This document shows, piece after piece, positions 1 to 7,290 of a stretch of 32,000 bases of DNA. The DNA comes from Candidatus Woesearchaeota archaeon. Lineage in GTDB: Archaea; Nanobdellota; Nanobdellia; Nanobdellales; CAZNIQ01. The position numbers and the translations under genes are program-made. Position 1 is the first letter of the stretch. Each line of letters opens with the position of its first letter. The stretch spans positions 1 to 32,000 of the forward strand of contig CAZNIQ010000005.1 of the NCBI GenBank assembly GCA_964573185.1, given 5' to 3'. The notes beneath the pieces were generated by a model. It had not been told where the DNA came from and made no database searches. It was given only the letters and a program-made list of their open reading frames with translations.

Positions 1-20
1 ATAAAGACCCCTCTAAATAA

Positions 21-1043
21 GAGCCAGAATGTTATACTACAAGACCTTGTGAGAATTGTGAATCCATAAAGAAAATCTCAATAGTCGATGCTCCGGGACA
101 TGAAGCTTTAATTTCTACAATGTTATCTGGAGCTGCAATCGTTGATGCTGCTATATTAGTAATAGCTGCTAACGAACCTTGTCCCCAACCTCAAACAAAA
201 GAACATTTAATGGCTTTCAAACTTTTAGGAGACAAACCAATTATTGTTGTACAAAACAAAATAGATTTGGTTACTAAAGAGCAAGCTTTGGAAAATTACA
301 AACAAATAAGGAAATTCCTAGAAGATTTTGGATATAATCCTGATGAAATAGATATAATTCCGATTTCAGCTTTACACAATGTTAACATTGATGTTCTATT
401 AGAAGCTCTAGCAAAATTACCTGTTCCGAAAAGGGATTTAGAATCAGATCCTATATTTTTAGTTTCAAGATCCTTTGATGTAAACAAACCCGGTACTCCT
501 ATAGAGAAGCTTGTTGGAGGGGTCTTAGGTGGTAGTTTACTTAAAGGAAGACTAAAAGTTGGACAAGAAATAGAGATAAGACCCGGAATTTACACTGAAG
601 AAGGATGGGAACCATTATATACTTATATAGAATCTATAAGCCAAGGGGGATACCTTGTAGAAGAAGCGAGACCAGGAGGTACTGTTGGTATCGCTACAAC
701 TCTAGATCCCTCTTTAACTAAAGAAGATGGGTTAGCAGGGCAAGTAGTGGGATTACCAGGAAAACTACCACCAGAATGGAAAGATGTAACATTAGAAATA
801 CATTTGTTTGAAAAAGTTATAGGTACGGAAGAAGAAATGAAAGTTGAGCCAATAAAACTCGGAGAAGAATTGATGCTTAATGCTTACTCTATTGTATCTA
901 TCGGAAAAGTAATAGATGTTAAAAAAGATGAAATCACTGTTAGATTACTTAAACCTATTCTAGGATATGAAGGGGATAAGGTTGTTATTTCCAGAAAAAT
1001 AAAGGGAAGGTGGAGAATAATAGGATATGGCAATATTAAATGA
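21..1043 (+). CDS. eif2g: translation initiation factor aIF2 gamma subunit (5'-partial; reading frame broken by TAA at 18..20)
   Basis: Translating from 21 in the frame of the 120..1043 ORF gives EPECYTTRPCENCESIKKISIVDAPGHEALISTMLSGAAIVDAAILVIAANEPCPQPQTKEHL...VVQNKIDLV. This contains the zinc-knuckle cysteines, G3 (DAPGH) and G4 (NKID) motifs, followed by beta-barrel domains II/III typical of a/eIF2-gamma. The ORF-track Met at 120 is internal. The P-loop must lie upstream of the window. Confidence 0.9.
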   Translation, partial: EPECYTTRPCENCESIKKISIVDAPGHEALISTMLSGAAIVDAAILVIAANEPCPQPQTKEHLMAFKLLGDKPIIVVQNKIDLVTKEQALENYKQIRKFLEDFGYNPDEIDIIPISALHNVNIDVLLEALAKLPVPKRDLESDPIFLVSRSFDVNKPGTPIEKLVGGVLGGSLLKGRLKVGQEIEIRPGIYTEEGWEPLYTYIESISQGGYLVEEARPGGTVGIATTLDPSLTKEDGLAGQVVGLPGKLPPEWKDVTLEIHLFEKVIGTEEEMKVEPIKLGEELMLNAYSIVSIGKVIDVKKDEITVRLLKPILGYEGDKVVISRKIKGRWRIIGYGNIK

Positions 1044-1441
1044 AAAAGATACTTCTGGACACTAATTTTCTTTTAGTTCCTTTTCAATTTAACGTTGATA
1101 TCTTTTCTGAAATAGAAAGATTGGTTACGGAGAAATTTAAATTGTATACTTTGAAAAAATGTGTTTGGGAATTAGAACATATAATGAGGACTGCTAAAAA
1201 AGGAAAGGATCGTTTATTTGCAAAAATGGCTTTACAATTAATTAAAAAATACAACATTGAAGTCATAGATACTCCTTTAGATAAAAAAACTGATGATCTA
1301 ATTGTTGAGATAGTTAAAGAAAGTCCTAGAGAATGGATTGTATGTACTAACGATAGAGAATTAAGAAAAAGATTAAAGAAATTAGGAATAACTACTATAT
1401 TTTTAAGGCAGAAAAAGTATTTGGAAATGGAAGAAGCTTAA
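1040..1441 (+). CDS. PIN-domain endoribonuclease, Fcf1/Utp24-like
   Basis: 133 aa. It has an N-terminal acidic PIN signature (ILLDTNFLL) and a C-terminal VCTNDRELRKRLKKLG block typical of Fcf1-like archaeal PIN proteins. It shares an ATGA stop/start overlap with aIF2-gamma, a neighbourhood commonly seen in archaea. Confidence 0.75.
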   Translation: MKKILLDTNFLLVPFQFNVDIFSEIERLVTEKFKLYTLKKCVWELEHIMRTAKKGKDRLFAKMALQLIKKYNIEVIDTPLDKKTDDLIVEIVKESPREWIVCTNDRELRKRLKKLGITTIFLRQKKYLEMEEA

Positions 1442-1463
1442 ATTTTGATACCTATATAATCTT

Positions 1464-2576
1464 ATGCCAATAAATGCTCCACCAGAATTCTATGAAATAA
1501 AAAAGAAAGTTCTAGAAGCTAAAGATCCTTATGAAAAGCTTAAATGGTTAAATGAGTTATTAAAAGTTGCGCCAAAGCACAAAGGAGCTCATAATCTTTT
1601 AATACAAATAAAGAAAGCTATTAAGAAGTTAAGAGAAGAATTGGAAGAAAAAGAAAGGAAAAAAGGAACAACATTTAATCCTTATGCTATAAAGAAAGAA
1701 GGAGATGCTACTATAGTAATTCTTGGAGTGGAAAACTCTGGGAAATCTTGGTTACTAAATAGGTTAACAAATGCAAATGTAGAAGAATCAGATATTCCTT
1801 TTACAACGGATTTACCGAAAATCGGTGCTTTGCATCTAAATGGCGCTATCATTCAGACAATAGAACTACCAGCTTTTTTTGAATCTAGAGCTTATACATT
1901 AATAAGAAACGCAGATTTAATTTTAATACTTCTAGATGCTTCCAGGGATTTAGAGGAACAATATCAAAAAATAATGAAATATTTAGAGCAGGGGGGAATA
2001 GAAATAAACAAAAGAAAGCCTAATATAAAGTTTGAGAGAAAATATTCTGGGGGAATAAAGATATATGGTGAACAATTTATTACAGACGCTTCAAAGGAAG
2101 ATGTTATAAAAGCTTTGCAAGAATTTGGAATATATAATGCTGAAATAACGATATATGAAAAAGTTACATTTGAAGATGTTTTAGATGCTATAGATGGCTC
2201 AAAAGCTTATAAGAAAGCTATTTTTGTTTTTAATAAAGTCAAAAATGAAAAAGAAATAGAAGAATTCATTAAAAAGCATAAAATAAATAAGTATATAATT
2301 ATAAAAGATGAAAAAGATGTTGAAAAATTGAAAGAAAAGATTTGGAAGGAATTAGAGTTGATAAGAGTGTATACAATGGATCATTTGAAAAAGAAAGCAG
2401 AAAGACCATTAATTTTGAAGAAAGGGAGCAAAGTAAGAGATGCCGTTAAGAAAATAAATGAAAAATGGTTGGATCTCTTTGTTTATGCAAAAATAAAAAG
2501 AAACGGAAAAATAATAAGAGTAGGTTTAGATTACGAACTTCAGGATGGAGATTTACTTGAAATAAAAATAAAATAA
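1464..2576 (+). CDS. DRG/Obg-family GTPase with C-terminal TGS domain (divergent G3 and G4 motifs)
   Basis: 370 aa. P-loop GVENSGKS and G2 FTTDLP are present. The IQTIELPAFF segment aligns to the DRG IQllDlPG block. The C-terminal TGS-like segment reads IRVYTM...RVGLDYELQDGDLLEIK. Confidence 0.75.
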   Translation: MPINAPPEFYEIKKKVLEAKDPYEKLKWLNELLKVAPKHKGAHNLLIQIKKAIKKLREELEEKERKKGTTFNPYAIKKEGDATIVILGVENSGKSWLLNRLTNANVEESDIPFTTDLPKIGALHLNGAIIQTIELPAFFESRAYTLIRNADLILILLDASRDLEEQYQKIMKYLEQGGIEINKRKPNIKFERKYSGGIKIYGEQFITDASKEDVIKALQEFGIYNAEITIYEKVTFEDVLDAIDGSKAYKKAIFVFNKVKNEKEIEEFIKKHKINKYIIIKDEKDVEKLKEKIWKELELIRVYTMDHLKKKAERPLILKKGSKVRDAVKKINEKWLDLFVYAKIKRNGKIIRVGLDYELQDGDLLEIKIK

Positions 2577-2577
2577 A

Positions 2578-2811
2578 TTATTCTGCAACTATTAAAGTAA
2601 TTGTTTTCTCCACACCATCTAAAGATCTTATTTCATTTAATACAATATCTCTTAGTTTACTAACACTTTCAGCCCTTAATTTTACAACAACATCATATTC
2701 CCCGTAAACGATATAAGCTTCCTCAACTTCTGGTCTTTCCTTTAATTTTTTAACTACCTCTTCTTCTTTACCCGGTCTAGTTACGATTAAAACGAAAGCC
2801 AGGACCATCAT
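2578..2811 (-). CDS. stand-alone RAM (Lrp/AsnC ligand-binding) domain protein
   Basis: 77 aa with a beta-alpha-beta-beta-alpha-beta pattern: VLAFVLIVTRPGKEEEVVKKLKERPEVEEAYIVYGEYDVVVKLRAES. This is typical of small AsnC_trans_reg-only proteins. ATGA overlap with the upstream membrane ORF. Confidence 0.7.
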   Translation of the reverse strand: MMVLAFVLIVTRPGKEEEVVKKLKERPEVEEAYIVYGEYDVVVKLRAESVSKLRDIVLNEIRSLDGVEKTITLIVAE

Positions 2812-3074
2812 AATTTTTTACGGATACCTTCAAGAATTGCAGCTATTTTCAAGAGAACTATTAAAGATAACCATTGAACTATTCCTATGAACATTAGCCA
2901 AGATAAAGTTGCTTGCCATTCAGCCACAGGTAAACCAGCTGTTTGATTCAAGAATTGGGACATCGGACCTTGAATTATAGTTTTTATAGTTAACCAGCCT
3001 AGAACCACAACAAAAATCAATGTTATTATGATAACAATCTCTAAAAGGTTCGGTTTCGTAAATTTATACTCCAT
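2808..3074 (-). CDS. small membrane protein (two predicted TM helices)
   Basis: The track ORF runs to 3164, but that extension (MFRRYRIPYRLFTYHTFHH...) overlaps the divergent 3108 ORF. The internal ATG at 3074 (MEYKFTKPNLLEIVIIITLIFVVVLGW...) leaves a 33-nt AT-rich divergent promoter region. Confidence 0.45.
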   Translation of the reverse strand: MEYKFTKPNLLEIVIIITLIFVVVLGWLTIKTIIQGPMSQFLNQTAGLPVAEWQATLSWLMFIGIVQWLSLIVLLKIAAILEGIRKKL

Positions 3075-3107
3075 TATACTTAAAATATTACCTCTCTTAA
3101 GAATTTT

Positions 3108-3419
3108 GTGGTGAAATGTGTGATATGTAAAGAGGCGATATGGAATCCTGTATCTCCTAAACAAGTACTTTCAGAAGCCTTAAATCTTTTATACGAATTA
3201 AAAAGATACGATCTTGCTGAAGAATTAAAAAAATATTTTGAAGAATATTTTAAGAATTTGAGAAAAACGTTTAAGATTAGATTTAAGTATATGGATGATA
3301 CAAAGGATGTTCCTGTTTGCTGGGGATGTCTTTGGGATATTATTTATGACTTCCTTAAGGAGAGAGATGAAAAGATTGCTGAATTGTGGAAGAAGCATTT
3401 CTGTCCCTACGGGTTATAA
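3108..3419 (+). CDS. hypothetical small cysteine-pair (CxxC ... CxxC) protein, possible zinc ribbon
   Basis: GTG start. The protein reads MVKCVICKEA...VPVCWGCLWD...HFCPYGL. No family recognised. Its 3' end overlaps the convergent 3355..3780 ORF by 65 nt. Confidence 0.4.
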   Translation: MVKCVICKEAIWNPVSPKQVLSEALNLLYELKRYDLAEELKKYFEEYFKNLRKTFKIRFKYMDDTKDVPVCWGCLWDIIYDFLKERDEKIAELWKKHFCPYGL

Positions 3420-3780
3420 GGTCTTTAAAAACTCTGAAAACAACATATGTAATATCTTTATCAAATTCCCTTACTTTCTCAATCTCATATATTTTGTCTT
3501 CAAGCCTACTTAGATAAATATTCCTTAGATATTTTATAATATAAGCTGTAACCTTATTGTTTCTGAAAATTAGATATAAAGCGTGGTTAGGACCTCTCCC
3601 AACGACTTTTATTTTTTCTATAGGATAACATTTCATATCTTTAAGAAAAACCTTGGATATAACTACTCCATCTATATCTCCCGTAACAGATGCCGCATAT
3701 ACAACTTTATCTAATTTTGACAGCTCTTCTACTTTGGGAACGTCAGGTCTCGAATATTTCACTAAGCATAAGTAGTACAT
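3355..3780 (-). CDS. hypothetical protein
   Basis: 141-aa ORF with a TATA-like element (3802..3810) about 26 nt upstream of its ATG. The N-terminal ~45 aa faintly resemble a RAM/ACT-like fold (VTGDIDGVVI). No confident family assignment. Confidence 0.4.
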   Translation of the reverse strand: MYYLCLVKYSRPDVPKVEELSKLDKVVYAASVTGDIDGVVISKVFLKDMKCYPIEKIKVVGRGPNHALYLIFRNNKVTAYIIKYLRNIYLSRLEDKIYEIEKVREFDKDITYVVFRVFKDLITRRDRNASSTIQQSFHLSP

Positions 3781-3817
3781 CTTAAAATTTTATATTTCCA
3801 CATTTTTAAACTTTCTT

Positions 3818-4306
3818 ATGGTAAAACTGCTTTCAAAAAAGGAGAAAAAAGAATTGAAAAGGAAATTATCATATATTGATGAAGAAATCTTAAATGAAAT
3901 TTTTGATAAATACGAAAATATCTTTAGAATTGAATTAAAGGACAAAGATTTAATAATATATTATTCTAATAAGCCAATTTTCTTTGAAAAAGATAACAAA
4001 GTCTTTCCAACTTTAAATTTAATCTATGATCTAGGATATATATTTTTGAAAGAAGTAAAGGTGGATGAAGGAGCGGTAAAGCACATTTTAAAAGGAGCAG
4101 ATGTCTTTAGACCAGGAATCACATTTTTTGAGGAAAACATTCAAAAAGAAGATATAGTTGTTGTTGAAGATCCAAAAGAAAAACCAATAGCCATTGGGGT
4201 ATCATTAGTAAACTTTGAAGAGTTTAAAAATATGGAAAAAGGAAAAGTAATTAAAAATTATCATTACTTAAATGATAAAATCTTTAAGTTTTCTTTGAAA
4301 AAATAA
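3818..4306 (+). CDS. PUA-domain RNA-binding protein (MCT-1/Tma20-like)
   Basis: 162 aa. The C-terminal half reads VKVDEGAVKHILKGADVFRPGI...DIVVVEDPKEKPIAIGVSLV...KGKVIKNYHYLNDKIF, which matches the PUA domain pattern. Confidence 0.7.
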   Translation: MVKLLSKKEKKELKRKLSYIDEEILNEIFDKYENIFRIELKDKDLIIYYSNKPIFFEKDNKVFPTLNLIYDLGYIFLKEVKVDEGAVKHILKGADVFRPGITFFEENIQKEDIVVVEDPKEKPIAIGVSLVNFEEFKNMEKGKVIKNYHYLNDKIFKFSLKK

Positions 4307-5368
4307 ATTCTTTAAAATCGAAGAGTATTTCATCCATTTGTTTAAATTAATTTTTCTTTTTTCTAACTCCTTTTTAATAAATTCCAAAGCTTCATAAGTT
4401 TTTCCTTTAAAAACTAGGTCAGAATATTTTACTCCTTCTCTTACAACCCAAACTCCTAATGGAACGTAATATTCTTCAGTTACTATTCTAAAAACAACAA
4501 TGTTAGCTTGTCTTTTTATTTCTCTCAATTTTTCCAATACAGAAAGCTTTGAAGCATAAAAACCTCCATATTCTTCATCTTTTCCATAAATAGTATAACT
4601 ATAAGGATTATAAATTGATTTTGGCTTAAAAGCTTCTAAGAGTTCAAATCTAAATGTCCCAGGTAAAAATAAAACAAAAAATTCATTTCCAAAGTATTTT
4701 TTATAAAAAACATAAGATTTTTCTACTTGTTTATAATTTTTAATTTCCTTTTCAAGTTTTTCTATAAGAATAGAATAAACAGCTGTTATAGCATTTTTTG
4801 AAGGAACGAGTTTTCTATTAATATATCCACCAACAAATCCTAAAGAAAGTACCCTAGCTAGGTAAGAATCAGAATAACCTTTATTGTATAAATACCATAT
4901 TGCTTCTTTTGCTCTTAAAGATTCATTTATTATATAATCTACTTCTTTTGGAATCCTAGGATTACCATAAATATCAATTTTCTTCGCTTTAACGTTCAGA
5001 AAAGGTCCTATAGATGTAAAAACAACATTTGGTTTCCTTACCTTAGCTTCTATATCCAATTCCCTTATAGACAATAAATCTTCCTTATATTTTTCAAGAA
5101 AAGGATCTTTTCTTTTCCCAATATAAGCATAGGTCTTTCTAATGACGTTTACAAAAGATAGTCTTTGTTTAATAAATTCTTCAATTGTTTTTGGCTTCTC
5201 TTTATAAAGTTCTTCAGAAGACAAAATTCCTAAGTTCAAGTAAGGATACGAACCAGTGATTAGGGTATCTGGAGGTGTTATACCTGAAATTTCTCCCTTT
5301 ATTTTCTTTGAATAAAGTACTTTGTATTTTTCTGCTAATCTTTTTAATCTAACAACACCTACTTTCAT
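4268..5368 (-). CDS. NreA-like (Nre_N/Nre_C, DUF650/DUF651) DNA-repair-associated protein with C-terminal PIP-like box
   Basis: 366 aa. ITPPDTLITGSYPYLNLG resembles the Nre_N sPPsvFVGr.gYPkV.vG block. YYVPLGVWVVREGVK resembles the Nre_C core. The extreme C-terminus QRKLKDFII fits a degenerate PCNA-interacting Qxx[LIM]xx[FY][FYI] box. The N-terminal cysteine cluster I recall from longer Nre proteins is absent. ATGA overlap with the upstream platform gene. Confidence 0.5.
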   Translation of the reverse strand: MKVGVVRLKRLAEKYKVLYSKKIKGEISGITPPDTLITGSYPYLNLGILSSEELYKEKPKTIEEFIKQRLSFVNVIRKTYAYIGKRKDPFLEKYKEDLLSIRELDIEAKVRKPNVVFTSIGPFLNVKAKKIDIYGNPRIPKEVDYIINESLRAKEAIWYLYNKGYSDSYLARVLSLGFVGGYINRKLVPSKNAITAVYSILIEKLEKEIKNYKQVEKSYVFYKKYFGNEFFVLFLPGTFRFELLEAFKPKSIYNPYSYTIYGKDEEYGGFYASKLSVLEKLREIKRQANIVVFRIVTEEYYVPLGVWVVREGVKYSDLVFKGKTYEALEFIKKELEKRKINLNKWMKYSSILKNLFFQRKLKDFII

Positions 5369-7290
5369 ACCACTGACGTTACCAATTTAGCTAAATTCCA
5401 TAAGAACATAGAAGCTGTTGCTGCTACTATGGAATAAAGTACTACTGCTAAAAGCAAATTATACCCTATTAATTTCTTTTCTTTAAATTTATCCAACCCA
5501 TTTTCAATTCCATTTATGATATATGATAATAAAATTACTAATAAAATCAAGTAAAAACCAATAGCTAATTGTAGTATTGCTGGTGATATCGCTTTTTGAA
5601 CAGAGAATATGTACAAGATTTCTAGAGGAACATAGGATTCCACATTGGAAGGCAACTGTAGAGCGCTTATCGCTTTTCCTAAAGAAAGTAGAATTGCTAT
5701 CATCATCGCATCCATTCCTATAATTATACCTAAAACCAAAGGGGCAACAAACTTTGCAACTAAGTTCATAGAAGATAATGTTTCTGCCAATAAATCCTTT
5801 ATTCTTCTTTCCACTCTCTGTAAATATATCATATATTGTGCTATCACTGCCAATACTTTTGCAGCCGCCTCTGAACCTTTTTTAATATTTTCAACAAAGA
5901 TTTCCATTACCCCTTTTAGCAGAGAGGAGGGATAATACAATAAGGCTCCATTTTCCTTGTCAAATATAGCTTGCTCCAATGACATTCCTAAAAATTTTAC
6001 GTTGTAAAAAGCTTTCCCAAAGAATTTTCCTATCTCCTTATTCTTATTCCTTAAATAAATTTCGTAAAACGCGAATTCTGGCGGTATTCCTTCTGACAAT
6101 CTATTTGCCAATTGAATTAAAATTGAAGGTAATTCGCTTAATAACTTTTCCGTTCTTTCAACAACTCCTTTGACTAAATTATAATAGAAAATGAAAGCAT
6201 AAGATATAGATAACCCCAAGATTATGATAAAGAAAATTGAAATTAAAATCGATGCAAGATTAGGATCATTTATATTTATTTTTAAAGAAGATAAAAGAAT
6301 AAGTAGAAACCAAAAAACAAATATACCTGCTAGAATAGATGTGAATTTAAAGTATTTTCCTTTCTTTTTTAGATAATTATAAATATAAGTGTCCTCGTAA
6401 GTATTATAAACAGGCCTCTTTCTCAATATATCTTTTCCTATAATTAAAATTGCTAGGGGAATTAAAACATCGTAAATTAATATTAAAGCTATAGGTGGAA
6501 AAGCTTCCGTTAATAAAGAACCTATTATAGGTACTAAAGTTAAGGTTAGCATTGGTAAAACCATTCCGAGCATATATAAAACTTCTATAGGATTTTTCAA
6601 TGAAACAGCGTATTCCATCATCTTATCATATAATCCCTCTAGCATTTCTTCAACAGCTTTATCTAAAAGTATTTTTCTCCTCTCTTCAGAAGGTTCATAT
6701 AATAAACTCTCTAAAAGTATTAGGGAATTTACAAAGTAATCTGCTTTTCCTTGCCATCTTTTTATATAATCATCTAATGCTTCTTTCAAAGTTTTATATC
6801 TTCCTATCGAAACATTCCAATATAGTTTCATTAAATCTAGCTTTAATGGGGGATTTATGTGTTCTAGGGCGAATAAAAAAGCTTTTTCAAGATTTGGATT
6901 ATATCTCATATACATTGCCATATAAAGGATAAATGGGAGTAGTTGTGCCTCCTTTTTCCTTTGAATATCCGAATATTTCCATTGTAGGTGTAAAAGTAGA
7001 AAAGCAATGATTGATACTCCAGCAAGCAAAGGAATTGTAAAATAAAAGATATTTAAAGTTGCAATAAAAAATAATAAAGATAAAAGTAAGGAAAAAATAA
7101 GAATTGTTATTATTGTGGAAAATAGTTTTTGTGATGCGCCAAAAAGGTGTGTTTCTTCTATATATTTATCAATATTCTTATCTTTAAAATCTACTTTTAT
7201 GAAAGAAAAATTATTAACCAAGAATTCCCAAAGTTTATCTACAGTGCTTATCTCGTATTTTCTTAATTCTAAATATTCTTGCGCAACCAT
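5365..7290 (-). CDS. polytopic membrane platform protein with two T2SSF-like (GspF/TadC/FlaJ-type) cytoplasmic domains
   Basis: 641 aa with many hydrophobic helices. Two helical cytoplasmic segments resemble T2SSF repeats: LPFILYMAMYMRYNPNLEKAFLFALEH... and LPSILIQLANRLSEGIPPEFAFYEIY...SLEQAI. It overlaps the upstream secretion-type ATPase gene by 22 nt. Confidence 0.65.
   Translation of the reverse strand: MVAQEYLELRKYEISTVDKLWEFLVNNFSFIKVDFKDKNIDKYIEETHLFGASQKLFSTIITILIFSLLLSLLFFIATLNIFYFTIPLLAGVSIIAFLLLHLQWKYSDIQRKKEAQLLPFILYMAMYMRYNPNLEKAFLFALEHINPPLKLDLMKLYWNVSIGRYKTLKEALDDYIKRWQGKADYFVNSLILLESLLYEPSEERRKILLDKAVEEMLEGLYDKMMEYAVSLKNPIEVLYMLGMVLPMLTLTLVPIIGSLLTEAFPPIALILIYDVLIPLAILIIGKDILRKRPVYNTYEDTYIYNYLKKKGKYFKFTSILAGIFVFWFLLILLSSLKININDPNLASILISIFFIIILGLSISYAFIFYYNLVKGVVERTEKLLSELPSILIQLANRLSEGIPPEFAFYEIYLRNKNKEIGKFFGKAFYNVKFLGMSLEQAIFDKENGALLYYPSSLLKGVMEIFVENIKKGSEAAAKVLAVIAQYMIYLQRVERRIKDLLAETLSSMNLVAKFVAPLVLGIIIGMDAMMIAILLSLGKAISALQLPSNVESYVPLEILYIFSVQKAISPAILQLAIGFYLILLVILLSYIINGIENGLDKFKEKKLIGYNLLLAVVLYSIVAATASMFLWNLAKLVTSVV

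Noticed and set aside
3295-3513. Plus-strand 72-aa ORF
   Set aside because: It is out of frame within the 3108..3419 ORF and antisense to 3355..3780. It has no independent promoter spacing or motifs.
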